A DNA stretch of 59,503 bases, filler included, from Globobulimina sp. (Eukaryota): assembly GCA_003354225.1 (NCBI GenBank). It is 12 parts of 12 records of this genome, joined end to end, with 100 filler letters (N's around TTAATTAATTAA, not from the genome) between each part and the next. Parts side by side here need not be neighbours in the genome. Positions count along the whole stretch, not along the records: positions 54,643 to 59,503 come from PIVH01000890.1; 11 more parts are not named here. One strand, 5' to 3'. Below, piece by piece: positions 58,520 to 59,503 of this stretch (its first letter is position 1; each line of letters starts with the position of its first letter). Both the position numbers and the translations under genes were made by a program. The notes under the pieces were generated by a model. The model was not told the origin of the DNA. It saw only the letters and a list, made by a program, of their open reading frames with translations, and did no database searches.

Positions 58520-59503
58520 ATAAAATAAGTGTTGTATGTCTGTCGTGTATGTTTGCAACGGATCATTTAATATGGCCTTCGTCAATTTGCCTGTCTGCGT
58601 CGTTGAATTGTATTCAGCTCTTAGATGGGATGTGGAATGGACGCCGATTGTTCGATCGTATTGGAAAGGTACACAATTTGAATATTATTATTGGATTTCT
58701 TGATTGATTTATTATTGGATGGATTTGAATTTATTTATCTTGTGTTGTAATAACTGGCACAATCAAATAGTCTCCATTGCAATGCATCGATCACTTTTAA
58801 GTCTGCTGATAATATTTAAATACATTTAATTTGAAAACTAAATTAGATTAATTTTATATATTACTTACAATTTTATTTAATTCTGTCTCCTGTATTATGT
58901 CTTTTGTTTTTTATTTTGTGTGCCTTTTGTGTATGGCGCTAATTGACTATTATTTTTTTTTAACTTTCAAGACAATCAATTGCTTCTTTTTTTTACATGA
59001 AAAATTAACAGCCACTTTGTCTAAACAATGATAGTATACTATTTTATCCGAGCACGGTACTATAAAAACGTTTTTGTGCGTTGTTGTGTTAATTTAGTTT
59101 GGTGAAGCTGTCGATTCTGATGATGATTTAGCAGATATTGAGGATGGCATTATTTACGAGTGCAGTTTGGAGTCGAAGATAGTATTGGTAGTATTGACAA
59201 TATATTTATTGAGGAAATTAATGCTGAAAATATCAAATGTTAATAAGTGCATAGTTTTGTGTTAGGGATGACCACACTGACTCTTTCGTCATTTTGGTTG
59301 ACTTGTGCTTTGTTGTATTGCGTGTGTATTGTATCAATCAGATGGATTCTAAAAGGAAAGACTTCAATTCTTCGAATTGACAAAGTTAGAAATTAAATTT
59401 TTTTTTTTTTTTTTCATTTTATTTTTTTAATAAAAACCCCAAACAAAAAAAAAAAAAACAAACAAAAAAAAAAAAAAAAAAAGGGGGGCGATCCTAACAC
59501 CAA

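Noticed and set aside
1-59503. Functional gene cluster or operon spanning the window
   Set aside because: Contigs are ordered by length only, so adjacency across linkers carries no information.
59390-59503. Poly-T/poly-A tract as terminator or retroposed tail
   Set aside because: Low-complexity contig end, likely low quality; no supporting structure.

Overview
This window is not one locus. It is 12 size-sorted contigs (4872 down to 4861 bp) joined by 100-bp N44-TTAATTAATTAA-N44 linkers, so neighbours across linkers are unrelated. Most contigs look like an AT-rich, gene-dense protist genome with short GT-AG introns; the gene families suggest a rhizarian/foraminiferan (inference). Recognisable genes: two kinesins, GDP-mannose 3,5-epimerase, FIG4, a TRP-type channel, ETF-QO, DNA2, an HSPA12-like protein, a CAP-Gly protein, soluble adenylyl cyclase, a thioesterase, a sulfotransferase, an ART-like protein and a decayed CRE-type retrotransposon. 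Bacterial DNA (mltG plus an upstream gene; a large-type SRP RNA) is fused directly to eukaryotic genes. Fold-backs and internal deletions also point to whole-genome-amplification chimerism. Best leads: a DEP-domain/Kaptin (KICSTOR) fusion, a CBM48-kinesin missed by the ORF track, a PWWP/TAF1A-like fusion, an EXD-type pseudonuclease on a compositionally foreign contig, recurrent in-frame stops without frameshifts, and several MITE-like elements. All family calls come from motif recognition by eye; no searches were run.
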